Part shown: positions 39,564 to 49,359 of the stretch, piece by piece
Layout: each line of letters begins with the position of its first letter
How positions within the stretch are numbered: position 1 is the stretch's first letter
DNA from: a virus
DNA length: 64,000 nt
Reading direction: 5' to 3' (one strand)
IMG/VR virus record: IMGVR_UViG_3300026263_000200
Notes under the pieces: generated by a model
The model's input: the letters and a program-made list of their open reading frames with translations, nothing else
Databases searched by the model: none
Told to the model about the DNA's origin: nothing
Made by a program: the position numbers and the translations under genes

Positions 39564-40787
39564 ATGGCTGAAACAGGAAAAATAGAAGCGTTAGAAGCAA
39601 AAGCAGTGCAAGAGGCGAATTCACCAAATGCACAAGCGGATGCTCCTAAAAAGAATGCTGTAGCGGCTGAACCTTCTCATATTGCTAAAATGAGTGAATA
39701 TGAAGATTTAGGTAAGGCAGTAGTTAAACCTACAGACAGCAATCCAGACGCAACTAAAAAAGTTACAAAAGTTTCTGGACAAGCTCCTCAAAAACATCAA
39801 GGCGCTGCTGACGCAATGCCTAAATTGACTGGTAGCAATACCAAGTTGGAGAATAAAGAAACTAAAAAAGACGAAGACGGTAAAGAAATAAAAGAAGGCG
39901 ACTTACCACCAGCACTTCAAAAAGCTATTGACGCTAAAAAAGATAAAAAAGATGTCAAAGAATCTGACGAAAAGAAAGATGAAAAAGCTAAAAAAGATGA
40001 TGACGCTGAAGTAAGAACAGAAGACGAAGACAAAGAAAAGAAAAAAGAGATTGACGTAAAAGAACACGTTGACGCTCTTATCGCTGGCGAAAAAGACTTA
40101 ACCGAAGAGTTTAAGACTAAAGCTGCTACCATTTTTGAAGCAGCAATCAAATCTAAAGTAAAAGAGATTGCAGAAGAAATGGAAACAGATTATAATAATA
40201 AATTAGAGCAAGAAAGTTCTAAAGCAAAATCTGAATTAACTGAAAAAGTTGATTCTTACCTTGCATACGTTGTTGAAGAGTGGATGAAAGAAAACGAAAT
40301 CGCTCTTGAAAGAGGTATCAAAGGGGAAATTGCTGAAGACTTTATTAATGGTTTGAAAAAATTATTTGAAGACCATTATATTGATGTTCCAGATGAAAAA
40401 TATAACGTGCTTGAAGACCAAGCAGGTAAAATTGAAAAACTGGAAAAAGACCTCAATGAGCAAATAGAAAAAAATGTTGAGTTAAACAAGGAAGTTGGAA
40501 CTAAAGTTAAAGATGAAATCAAAGCTAAAGTTTCTGAAGACCTTGCTGACACAGCAAAAGAAAAATTTGCTAAACTTGCTGAAGAAATTGAATACTCTAA
40601 CGCAAAAGACTATCAGAAGAAATTAGAAACTGTTAAAGAATCTTATTTTGGTAAGAAAGTTGAAACGAAAGAGAATCTAGATGATGTGGCGGCAGATGGA
40701 TCAGTTAATCCTGATTTATCAAATTCTATGGCTGCTTACAGCGCCGCTATAAGCAAAACTAAAGACATTAAGTTGTCTATTAAGTAA
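39564..40787 (+). CDS. gp22: Prohead scaffold protein gp22
   Basis: EEFK.KAATIFEAA, VD.YL.YVVEEW; long charged N-terminus. Confidence 0.92.
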   Translation: MAETGKIEALEAKAVQEANSPNAQADAPKKNAVAAEPSHIAKMSEYEDLGKAVVKPTDSNPDATKKVTKVSGQAPQKHQGAADAMPKLTGSNTKLENKETKKDEDGKEIKEGDLPPALQKAIDAKKDKKDVKESDEKKDEKAKKDDDAEVRTEDEDKEKKKEIDVKEHVDALIAGEKDLTEEFKTKAATIFEAAIKSKVKEIAEEMETDYNNKLEQESSKAKSELTEKVDSYLAYVVEEWMKENEIALERGIKGEIAEDFINGLKKLFEDHYIDVPDEKYNVLEDQAGKIEKLEKDLNEQIEKNVELNKEVGTKVKDEIKAKVSEDLADTAKEKFAKLAEEIEYSNAKDYQKKLETVKESYFGKKVETKENLDDVAADGSVNPDLSNSMAAYSAAISKTKDIKLSIK

Positions 40788-40809
40788 ATATATAGGGAGA
40801 TAAACACAT

Positions 40810-42150
40810 ATGTACTTATCTGAAACACACGAAAAAAAATGGCAGCCAGTACTAGAGCATCCTGATTTACCAAAAATTACTGATGCTTATAGACGTGCCG
40901 TTACTTCTGTGATATTAGAAAACCAAGAACGTGCTTCTAAAGAAGACAGCGCTTACTTGGCTGAAGCAGCTCCGACTAACGCAACAGGTAGTGCTGTTGC
41001 TAATTGGGATCCAATCCTAATTAGTTTAGTTAGAAGAGCTATGCCTAATCTAATAGCATACGACATTGCAGGAGTTCAACCAATGACAGGTCCTACAGGA
41101 CTTATTTTCGCTATGAGAAGTAGATATACTTCACAAGCTGGTGGAGAATCATTCTTTGACGAAGCTGATACAGATTTTAGTGGTAGAAATGCTGCTGGAT
41201 CATCTGTTGATGGTTTCTCGGAAAATGCTCACTCTGGTAGCAACCCAGGAGTCCTAAACGATGGATCACCTGGAACTTATACAACTGGTGGCGCAATGAC
41301 TACAGCGAAAGCTGAAGCATTAGGTGACGCTAGTGGTAATGCATTTGCTGAAATGGCTTTCTCAATTGAGAAATCTACGGTAACTGCTAAATCAAGAGCT
41401 CTTAAAGCTGAATACACTATGGAACTTGCTCAAGACTTAAAAGCAATCCACGGTTTAGACGCAGAAACAGAACTTGCAAACATCTTATCAGCAGAAATAC
41501 TTGCTGAAATTAATAGAGAAGTTGTAAGAACTATCTACATCAATTCAGAAAAAGGTGCTCAAACTGGTAACGTAACTACAGCGGGAATTTTTGACCTAGA
41601 TACTGACTCAAACGGACGTTGGTCTGTTGAGAGATTCAAAGGTCTTATGTTCCAACTTGAAAGAGATGCTAATAGAATAGCACAAAGAACAAGACGTGGA
41701 AAAGGTAATATAATTATCTGCTCTTCTGACGTTGCTTCTGCTCTTCAAATGGCTGGAGTATTAGATTACACACCAGCTCTTAACAACAATCTAAATGTTG
41801 ATGACACAGGTAATACTTTTGCAGGTGTTCTTAACGGTAGATTTAAAGTATACATAGACCCATACTCAGCAAACAGTAATGCTAAACAGTATTACGTTGT
41901 TGGATATAAAGGAACATCACCATACGACGCTGGTTTGTTCTATTGTCCTTATGTACCTTTACAAATGGTTAGAGCTGTTGGACAAGACACTTTCCAACCG
42001 AAAATCGGTTTTAAAACGAGATATGGCCTAGTTGCTAATCCGTTTGCTGAAACTGGTGCTCAGTCAGGTGCTGCTACAGCAGTAAATGACGCTGGAAGTG
42101 CTAACTCTAATAGATACTACCAAAAAGTTCAAGTTGCTAACTTGATGTAA
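40810..42150 (+). CDS. gp23: Major capsid protein gp23
   Basis: KW.PVL, GVQPMTGPTGLIFAMR, SRALKAEY..ELAQDLKAIHGLDAE, FQPKIGFKTRYG. Confidence 0.98.
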   Translation: MYLSETHEKKWQPVLEHPDLPKITDAYRRAVTSVILENQERASKEDSAYLAEAAPTNATGSAVANWDPILISLVRRAMPNLIAYDIAGVQPMTGPTGLIFAMRSRYTSQAGGESFFDEADTDFSGRNAAGSSVDGFSENAHSGSNPGVLNDGSPGTYTTGGAMTTAKAEALGDASGNAFAEMAFSIEKSTVTAKSRALKAEYTMELAQDLKAIHGLDAETELANILSAEILAEINREVVRTIYINSEKGAQTGNVTTAGIFDLDTDSNGRWSVERFKGLMFQLERDANRIAQRTRRGKGNIIICSSDVASALQMAGVLDYTPALNNNLNVDDTGNTFAGVLNGRFKVYIDPYSANSNAKQYYVVGYKGTSPYDAGLFYCPYVPLQMVRAVGQDTFQPKIGFKTRYGLVANPFAETGAQSGAATAVNDAGSANSNRYYQKVQVANLM

Positions 42151-42183
42151 TATCATTGGTTAGAAACATTTTCTAACAGAATT

Positions 42184-42216
42184 AAGGGAGGGCGTTCTTA
42201 CGTCCTCCTTTTTTTT
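42184..42216 (+). terminator. Rho-independent terminator after gp23
   Basis: aagggagggcg-ttctta-cgtcctcctt stem followed by a T-run; small hairpin upstream at 42159-42177. Confidence 0.85.
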
Positions 42217-42231
42217 GGCCTAAAGTTCACA

Positions 42232-42239
42232 TATAAATA
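42232..42239 (+). promoter_or_regulatory. T4-type late promoter TATAAATA
   Basis: Exact consensus ending 5 nt before the gp3 ATG. Confidence 0.75.
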
Positions 42240-42244
42240 GTACT

Positions 42245-42871
42245 ATGACAATAAAACAATCATACAAAAGGCAACCAACAAAGTTTGATTATGCCGCTCC
42301 AACGCAGTTTAGATTTACTATTACAAAACTTCCTAAAGTAGAATTCTTTTGTACAGCAGTAAATTTACCAGGCATAACATTAGAAGGTAATATGGAACAG
42401 GAAACGCCATTGAAAAATATACCTTTACCTGGAGATAAATTAGCATACAGTCCATTAAGTATGGATTTTATGGTTGATGAAAATTTAGAAAACTATAGAG
42501 AGATACACGGTTGGTTAACTGGTTTAGGTTTTCCTAAAGATAGAGCACAATTTAGAAATTTACTTGGTGGTGGTGCAGATAGATTCCCAACATCTACTGG
42601 TGCAAAGCAAGAAACAGACGCAGGTATTGTAAGAAACGAAGCAGGTGCCACAGGTGCTGTTTATTCAGACGCAACATTAAGTATATTAACAAGCAAAAAT
42701 ACAACAAATATTCAAGTCAGATTTGCAGACGTATTTCCTACAGCATTATCTGGATTGAATTATAATCAACAACAAACGGATGTAAACTATTTAATAGCAA
42801 CAGTAACTTTCCAATACAAAATATATGAATTTGCAGAAGGAAGTGGTAAGGTAACCGAAACAATTACGTAA
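42245..42871 (+). CDS. gp3: Tail tube terminator/completion protein gp3
   Basis: F.F.I.KLP.V.FF...NLPG, F.VDE.LENY.EI..W, SDATL.IL, FP..LS. Confidence 0.88.
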   Translation: MTIKQSYKRQPTKFDYAAPTQFRFTITKLPKVEFFCTAVNLPGITLEGNMEQETPLKNIPLPGDKLAYSPLSMDFMVDENLENYREIHGWLTGLGFPKDRAQFRNLLGGGADRFPTSTGAKQETDAGIVRNEAGATGAVYSDATLSILTSKNTTNIQVRFADVFPTALSGLNYNQQQTDVNYLIATVTFQYKIYEFAEGSGKVTETIT

Positions 42872-42876
42872 GAAAC

Positions 42877-42905
42877 TTTACTTTTCTATTATAATATGTT
42901 ATAGT
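42877..42905 (+). promoter_or_regulatory. Sigma70-type promoter of uvsY
   Basis: TTTACT-N17-TATAGT with extended -10 TG; ATG at 42913. Confidence 0.55.
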
Positions 42906-42912
42906 GATAATT

Positions 42913-43341
42913 ATGGATTTAGAACAATTACAAGAACAAGCAGACAAAGATTTAAAAATTAACGATAGTGAACTTGATTTAGAATCAATCAAAACACCTC
43001 AATTACACAACCAATATATGAAACACTTAACAAAGTTTAAGTTAATGTTAAGTAGAGCGGAAAGTGAATTATATATTAAGAAAAGAGAAAAGTGGGAATA
43101 CTATACAGGTAAAGCAGACTCTACTGTATATGTTGAAAAACCTTTTAACTTAAAAATATTAAGACAAGATGTAGATAAGTATATTGATTCAGACGAAGAA
43201 GTTATTAGAGCAAAACAAAAAGTTGATTATCTCAATACAGTTGTTGATTTTTTAGATAGAAGTATTAAACAAATTTCAAATAGAACATTTACTATTAAGA
43301 ACGCAATTGATTGGAAGAAGTTTACATCAGGAGCTATTTAA
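42913..43341 (+). CDS. uvsY: Recombination mediator UvsY
   Basis: DL.I....LD.ES...P.LH, YY.GKA, R.F.IKNAI.W.KF..G. ATG 42913 preferred over GTG 42904. Confidence 0.9.
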   Translation: MDLEQLQEQADKDLKINDSELDLESIKTPQLHNQYMKHLTKFKLMLSRAESELYIKKREKWEYYTGKADSTVYVEKPFNLKILRQDVDKYIDSDEEVIRAKQKVDYLNTVVDFLDRSIKQISNRTFTIKNAIDWKKFTSGAI

Positions 43342-43391
43342 TGGAACAAGAAAAATCAGAAGGAGCTATTTATGGAACAAGAAAAATCAGA
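43329..43391 (+). repeat. Tandem 32/31-bp duplication spanning uvsY stop, RBS and next start codon
   Basis: aggagctatttaatggaacaagaaaaatcaga followed by aggagctatttatggaacaagaaaaatcaga. Confidence 0.9.
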
Positions 43392-44079
43392 AGTTAAAAT
43401 AACAGCATTTAAAAGTGACCCTAAAAAATCTTTTTTTGCACCCGAATATGATTATAGAATATTTGAAACTACAGTAAAAAAAGTTAATTTTAAAGATTTA
43501 GCAAAACTTCTTTTAAGCAAAGAAAAAGAAATAATAAAATTACCTAAATCAACTGTAGCAGCTGGAGCTGTAAATGCTTACACAGGACTAAAAGGGGAGA
43601 GTACAACACAAAGATTTGATAAGTATAATGTTTTAAAATGGGAAGATGAAAATATAAAGCATTTAAAAGGAAATATAATACACTTTCATAATGGAGTTAT
43701 GCAATACTTTAAACAACCAATTCCAAAAGAATTGTATATACAATGTTGGTATAATGTTATGCGTAAAGGAGAACAAATAAAAACTCATTTACACGATATA
43801 GGATCACATTGTTATTTGGGAGGTCATATTTGTGTACAAGCAGATAATACATCTACTCATTATATCAATCCAATAAATCAACTTAATGACCCTATGATAT
43901 ATAGTAGTGAAAATATTGTAGGTAAAATGACTTTATTTCCAAATAATGTACCACACTATACGGATGTGTATGAAGGAAATACAGAAAGAATAACAATTGC
44001 ATTTGATATATTTCCAGAAAATCCAGAATTAATAAAAGGTGGAAACTTACATTCAGGAAATTATTTAAAGATAGTATGA
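43372..44079 (+). CDS. Putative 2OG-Fe(II) oxygenase (HxH type)
   Basis: W.NV...G.....HLH, LFP...PHYT, RITIAFD. Confidence 0.7.
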   Translation: MEQEKSEVKITAFKSDPKKSFFAPEYDYRIFETTVKKVNFKDLAKLLLSKEKEIIKLPKSTVAAGAVNAYTGLKGESTTQRFDKYNVLKWEDENIKHLKGNIIHFHNGVMQYFKQPIPKELYIQCWYNVMRKGEQIKTHLHDIGSHCYLGGHICVQADNTSTHYINPINQLNDPMIYSSENIVGKMTLFPNNVPHYTDVYEGNTERITIAFDIFPENPELIKGGNLHSGNYLKIV

Positions 44080-45569
44080 AAAATGTAAGATATCTTGTAA
44101 TAGACAAAAAGGATGATGTCTATTTAAAGATAGAAGCAGAAGATTCCATTAGAAGAGAATTAGGTCAACACTTTACTTTTGAAGTACCTGGTTTTCGTTT
44201 TATGCCACAATTTCGTAATAGGGTATGGGACGGAAAGATAAGACTATTTTCATATGCAACTGGTCAAATATATGTTGGATTATATCCATATGTACTTAAT
44301 TGGTGTAAAGAAAATGATGTAGAAGTTGTTGATGGAACGAAGATAGAAGACACTAAAGTAGATGATGATAAGGTAGAAAAATTTATTAATGCTCTTAAAA
44401 TTCCTATGGAAGTAAGAGATTATCAAAAAGAAGCATTTTCATATTCAGTTAAAAAGAATAGATGTTTATTACTATCACCAACTGCTAGTGGTAAATCACT
44501 TATTCTATATCTATTAGTACGTTTTAATCTATTAAGACTTCCCAAAAACAAAAAAATATTAATCATAGTACCTACTACATCATTAGTAGAACAATTGTAT
44601 AAAGATTTTAAAGACTATGGCTATGATAGTAATAGAAATGTACATAGAATCTATGAAGGACATAGTAAGATAACACCTAAAAGAGTAGTTATATCTACTT
44701 GGCAATCAATTTATAATCTATCAAAGAACTATTTTAGCGACTATGGTATGATAATTGGTGACGAAGCACATCTATTTAAAGCAGTATCATTAACAAAGAT
44801 AATGACGAAGTTAGTTAATTGTAAATATAAGATAGGTTGTACAGGTACCCTAGATGATAGTAAAACACATAAGCTAGTATTAGAAGGACTGTTTGGTGCA
44901 GTCAATAAGGTTACTACTACAACTGAATTACAAGATAAAGAACACCTAGCAAAACTTAAAATTTTCTGTTTAGTATTACAATATGGTAAAGCACAAATAG
45001 ATTTCTTGAAAAATAAAACTTATCAAGAAGAAATGGACTTTTTAGTTAGAAATGAGAAAAGAAATAAATACATTAAAAATCTGGTCACTGGTTTACACGG
45101 CAACACTTTATGCTTATTTCAGTATGTAGAAAAGCACGGTAAGTTATTATATGAATTAATTAAAGAAAAGGCAGGTGACCGACCTATTTTCTATATCCAC
45201 GGAGGAGTGGAAGCTGATGAACGAGAACAAGTCCGAGCCATTACCGAAAAGTCTGACGGAGCGATTATTGTCGCTTCTTATGGGACGTTCAGTACTGGTA
45301 TTAATATCCGTAACTTACACAATATTGTTTTTAGTAGCCCTAGTAAATCTCGTATAAGAAATTTACAATCAATAGGACGAGGATTAAGATTAAAAGATAA
45401 CGATTCACACGCAACGTTATATGACATTGCTGATGACCTTTCCTATGGCGAAAAGGAAAATTATACTTTACAACACTTTAGAGAACGTATAAATATTTAC
45501 AATAGTGAAGATTTTGACTATGAAATTCACAATATAGAATTGGAGAGAAATGGACAAAGTAAAAGCTAA
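44076..45569 (+). CDS. uvsW: DNA helicase UvsW
   Basis: WDGKIRL, SPTASGKS, GDEAH, FSTGINI.NLH, QSIGRGLR. Confidence 0.96.
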   Translation: MKNVRYLVIDKKDDVYLKIEAEDSIRRELGQHFTFEVPGFRFMPQFRNRVWDGKIRLFSYATGQIYVGLYPYVLNWCKENDVEVVDGTKIEDTKVDDDKVEKFINALKIPMEVRDYQKEAFSYSVKKNRCLLLSPTASGKSLILYLLVRFNLLRLPKNKKILIIVPTTSLVEQLYKDFKDYGYDSNRNVHRIYEGHSKITPKRVVISTWQSIYNLSKNYFSDYGMIIGDEAHLFKAVSLTKIMTKLVNCKYKIGCTGTLDDSKTHKLVLEGLFGAVNKVTTTTELQDKEHLAKLKIFCLVLQYGKAQIDFLKNKTYQEEMDFLVRNEKRNKYIKNLVTGLHGNTLCLFQYVEKHGKLLYELIKEKAGDRPIFYIHGGVEADEREQVRAITEKSDGAIIVASYGTFSTGINIRNLHNIVFSSPSKSRIRNLQSIGRGLRLKDNDSHATLYDIADDLSYGEKENYTLQHFRERINIYNSEDFDYEIHNIELERNGQSKS

Positions 45570-45981
45570 CATAAAAATAATCAAACTAATAAATGGTGAT
45601 GATGTTGTTGCACATATGCCAATAGGTGAGAAACAACTACCAGATAAATCTCCTTTGCTTAGAATAGCAAAACCATTACAGATTAAATATATCCCACAAA
45701 TGACCCCTACAGGCATAAGAGATTATATTGCTCTTATTAAATGGGTTAACTATACACCAGATAAATTAATAACTATACCGAAAGATAAGATAATGACTAT
45801 AACTATGGCGTCGGAAGATATGACTAAAAACTATGCCAATTTAGCAAATGATTATGACAGATTGGATCAACCGAAAAAGGCCAAAAAGGGTGACTTTATA
45901 CAAGAACAAATCTCGCAAGAAGATAATGAATTGTTGAACGAAATATTTAAGGATAAATTAACGAAGAGAACTCTCCACTAG
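45550..45981 (+). CDS. Conserved T4-like hypothetical protein (Sm-like fold) between uvsW and gp55
   Basis: IIKLINGDDVVA, P.....W..Y....I.I.KDKI; synteny. Confidence 0.6.
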   Translation: MDKVKANIKIIKLINGDDVVAHMPIGEKQLPDKSPLLRIAKPLQIKYIPQMTPTGIRDYIALIKWVNYTPDKLITIPKDKIMTITMASEDMTKNYANLANDYDRLDQPKKAKKGDFIQEQISQEDNELLNEIFKDKLTKRTLH

Positions 45982-46015
45982 TTACTAAAGCGTTCTCCAC
46001 CAGACTACATAGTCT

Positions 46016-46043
46016 ATTATATACAAAAAACGTGAAAAGTCAA
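46016..46043 (-). promoter_or_regulatory. Antisense sigma70-type promoter
   Basis: Minus strand TTGACT-N16-TATAAT. Confidence 0.5.
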
Positions 46044-46155
46044 GTGCCATTCAAATCTAAAAAACTCGCTCATATTGCTAAGCAATGGCAGATAGGAGAA
46101 ATTATTCCTGTCAAAAAATTATCTAAAGCAATCAAAAGATTATTACGTCCTAGCA

Positions 46156-46184
46156 TTGACAAAGGGAGTAAATTGTAGTAATAT
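46156..46184 (+). promoter_or_regulatory. Sigma70-type promoter of gp55
   Basis: TTGACA-N17-TAATAT; ATG 9 nt after the -10 box. Confidence 0.6.
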
Positions 46185-46193
46185 GTAATCATT

Positions 46194-46730
46194 ATGCCAG
46201 GAATTAGAATTAAAAAAAAACCAGAACATTATGTAAATAATAAAGAATTTTTTGCTGCTATGGTGGACTATAAAAAGTCTGTTAATAAAGCGAAAAGATT
46301 AAAGCAAAATAAACCAGTTGTACCAGACTACGTTGGTGAGTGTTTTTTAAAGATAGCGAATCATTTATCCTTTAGACCAAATTTTATAAACTATACTTAT
46401 CGGGACGATATGATAAGTGATGGTATTGAAAACTGTTTACAGTATCTTGATAACTTCAATCCTAAAAAAACTAATAATCCTTTTGCTTATTTCACACAAA
46501 TTATCTATTATGCTTTTGTACGGAGAATACAGAAAGAGAAAAAACAAACAACTATTAAACACCGTATGATTCAAAACGCAAACTATGATGATATGACTTT
46601 GCAACCAGGAGAAGATGGAGAATTCAAAAATCAATTTACAGAATTTCTACGTAAGAATATACCAGCGGAAGAACCAGTTAAGAAAACAACACCTAAAAAG
46701 AAAAAGAAAATAGTTAAGAAGAAAAAATAA
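46194..46730 (+). CDS. gp55: Late-transcription sigma factor gp55
   Basis: HYVNNKEF, IA.HLS.RPNF.NY, DMISDGIENC, NPFAYFTQI..AF.RRI.KEK. Confidence 0.96.
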   Translation: MPGIRIKKKPEHYVNNKEFFAAMVDYKKSVNKAKRLKQNKPVVPDYVGECFLKIANHLSFRPNFINYTYRDDMISDGIENCLQYLDNFNPKKTNNPFAYFTQIIYYAFVRRIQKEKKQTTIKHRMIQNANYDDMTLQPGEDGEFKNQFTEFLRKNIPAEEPVKKTTPKKKKKIVKKKK

Positions 46731-46735
46731 TTATT

Positions 46736-48304
46736 ATGAAGAGTGATAAGATTTTAATAGTCGGCGGAGGTTCTGCTGGCTGGATGACTGCTGCTACTTT
46801 AATTAAAGCATTTCCAAATAAAGATATAACAGTAATAGAATCACCAAATATACCAACTGTTGGTGTTGGTGAAAGTACAATATCAAAAGTTAAACAATGG
46901 ACAAAATTTTTGGGCATTGATGATAAAGAATTTTTAAAACATACAGATGGCACTATTAAGTTTAGTATTAAGTTTACAGACTTTAATGGAAAAGACGAGG
47001 CGGCATTTCATTATCCTTTTGGTCCAATTAGAACAGACGGAACTCAATTAAAGTATAATGATTGGTGGATGAAAAAAGAATTTTATCCAGAAACACCTGT
47101 TTCAGATTATGCTGATAGTTTTGCTCCTAATATGGCATTAGTTAATCAAGGTAAAGGTGCTTTCAACTTTCACGGTTTTGAACTTGACCGAGATTCTGCT
47201 TATCAGTTTGACGCAACTAAATTTAGTATATGGTTAAGAGACCATTATTGTTTACCAAGAGGTGTTAAACATATACAAGAAGATATTATTGATGTGCCTA
47301 CAGATGAGAATGGTATCAAGTGTGTAGTTACAAAAACATATAGTTACTATGCAGATTTATTTGTTGATTGTACAGGTTTTAAATCAATGCTTTTAGGTGG
47401 TGCATTAAAAGAACCTTTTGAAACTATACAAAATCTACCAAACAATAAAGCGTGGGCAACTAAAATTCCTTATGTTGATAAAGAAAAAGAAGTAGAGTGT
47501 TTTACCAATTGCACAGCAATAGAGAACGGTTGGGTGTGGAACATACCATTATGGAGTAGAGTTGGTACAGGTTATGTTTATTCAGATAAATTTGTAGATG
47601 ATGAAACTGCTTTAAAAGAATTTAAAAATCATTTAGCAGGTGTACGACCTGGTTTTGGTAATGAAGAACACGAATTTAGAAACATTACAATGAGAACTGG
47701 TATACACAAAAGATTATTTGTTAAAAATGTTGTTGCTATAGGACTATCTGCTGGATTTATTGAACCATTAGAGAGTAATGGTTTGTTTTCAGTACACGAA
47801 TTTTTAATGATGTTAGTAAGAAATTTAAGAAGAGGTGAAATTACACGTTGGGATAAAGATAACTTTACGTTTGCTTGTAAATCTATCTTTAAAGGATTTG
47901 AGGAATTTGTTGGTTTGCATTATGCATTATCAACAAGAAATGATACACCATATTGGAAAGCAAATAATGAAAAAGTATGGGAAGAAAGTTTATATACTTT
48001 TAAACCTAAAATTATGTTAGGATATTTACAAGCTGCTTTACAAAGAAATATGGCGTCGGAGTTTCCTGTTGATCCTACAGATAGACCAGGTAAATATGGA
48101 TTGCATTATATAGCAGCTGGTTTTAATTGGTGCCCAATGGATTTACCTAACTTAATAAATCTAACACATAAGAGTGAACAAGAAATAAGAGAACGTATGG
48201 AACCATTTATAAAGAAATTAGATGAACGCAAACAACAATGGAATAAAGAAGTTGAAAAGTTTCCAAGTTATCACGATTTTATACAGGAGAATTATTACAA
48301 GTGA
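46736..48304 (+). CDS. Flavin-dependent (tryptophan-type) halogenase
   Basis: GGGSAGW, GVGEST, catalytic Lys in TIKFSI, DCTGF, GWVWNIP (WxWxIP), FIEPLESNG. Confidence 0.9.
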   Translation: MKSDKILIVGGGSAGWMTAATLIKAFPNKDITVIESPNIPTVGVGESTISKVKQWTKFLGIDDKEFLKHTDGTIKFSIKFTDFNGKDEAAFHYPFGPIRTDGTQLKYNDWWMKKEFYPETPVSDYADSFAPNMALVNQGKGAFNFHGFELDRDSAYQFDATKFSIWLRDHYCLPRGVKHIQEDIIDVPTDENGIKCVVTKTYSYYADLFVDCTGFKSMLLGGALKEPFETIQNLPNNKAWATKIPYVDKEKEVECFTNCTAIENGWVWNIPLWSRVGTGYVYSDKFVDDETALKEFKNHLAGVRPGFGNEEHEFRNITMRTGIHKRLFVKNVVAIGLSAGFIEPLESNGLFSVHEFLMMLVRNLRRGEITRWDKDNFTFACKSIFKGFEEFVGLHYALSTRNDTPYWKANNEKVWEESLYTFKPKIMLGYLQAALQRNMASEFPVDPTDRPGKYGLHYIAAGFNWCPMDLPNLINLTHKSEQEIRERMEPFIKKLDERKQQWNKEVEKFPSYHDFIQENYYK

Positions 48305-49359
48305 AAATAGCATTATTAAATGATACACACTTTGGATGTAGAAATGATAGTCCTCATTTTGTACAGTATCAAGAACGATTTTATGATGAAGTCTTTTTTC
48401 CATATTTAAAAGAACATAATATTAAGACATTAATACATTTAGGTGACGTAGTTGATAGACGTAAATTTATAAACTATAAGACTGCTAATTTTTTTCGCCA
48501 AAAGTTTATGAAAAGACTTTGGAAAGAAAAGGTTGATACACATATTATATTAGGTAACCACGATACTTATTATAAGAATACAAATAAAGTAAATGCAATT
48601 ACTGAATTATGTACAACGTATGATGGTCAAAATGAACCTTGGATATATGCAAGTCCAAAAGAAGTTACCTTTGATGGATTGCCTATATTGTTTATGCCTT
48701 GGATATGTGATGATACGTATGAAGAGTCTTTATATGCTATTGAAAATTCAAATGCGGAAATATGTATGGGGCATTTAGAAATTAAAGGGTTTGAAATGAA
48801 TAGAGGATTTATGAACGAACAAGGTTTAGATAGGACAACGTTTCATAGATTTGAAAAAGTTATATCAGGACATTTTCATAAAAAATCAGATGATGGTCAG
48901 ATATATTATTTAGGAACACAATATGAAATTACGTGGAACGATTATAAAGACCCTAAAGGTTTCCATATTTTTGATACGGAAACTAGAGAGTTAACTAGGG
49001 TTCCTAATCCAATAAGAATCTTCAAAAAGATAGTGTATGATGATACACAACACGATTATAATACATTAGACATATCAAGATTTGATAATAGTTATATCAA
49101 ACTGTTTATATCTCAAAAAACAGATGAAGATATGTATGATAAGTTTATCAATAGGTTGTATAGTACATTAAACATATACGAACTAAATATATTTGAGGAT
49201 ACTAGTGATGTAACTGCTAGTGTAAAAGAAGACTTAATAGAACAAGGTGAAGATACACTTACATTTTTGGGCAAGTATATAGACCAACTTGATACAGACC
49301 TTGACAAAAATAAATTAAAAGAGTATACTAAAGAATTATATAGCGAGGTAAATCAATGA
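48301..49359 (+). CDS. gp47: Recombination endonuclease subunit gp47 (Mre11-like)
   Basis: DTHFG, HLGD..D.RK, GNHD, GHLE, SGHFH. Confidence 0.95.
   Translation: MKIALLNDTHFGCRNDSPHFVQYQERFYDEVFFPYLKEHNIKTLIHLGDVVDRRKFINYKTANFFRQKFMKRLWKEKVDTHIILGNHDTYYKNTNKVNAITELCTTYDGQNEPWIYASPKEVTFDGLPILFMPWICDDTYEESLYAIENSNAEICMGHLEIKGFEMNRGFMNEQGLDRTTFHRFEKVISGHFHKKSDDGQIYYLGTQYEITWNDYKDPKGFHIFDTETRELTRVPNPIRIFKKIVYDDTQHDYNTLDISRFDNSYIKLFISQKTDEDMYDKFINRLYSTLNIYELNIFEDTSDVTASVKEDLIEQGEDTLTFLGKYIDQLDTDLDKNKLKEYTKELYSEVNQ

Noticed and set aside
31783-42150. Introns or inteins in terminase, portal or capsid genes
   Set aside because: ORFs are continuous and of normal length for T4-like orthologues.
42904-42912. 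GTG start for uvsY given in the ORF track
   Set aside because: It overlaps the predicted -10 box; ATG 42913 fits better.
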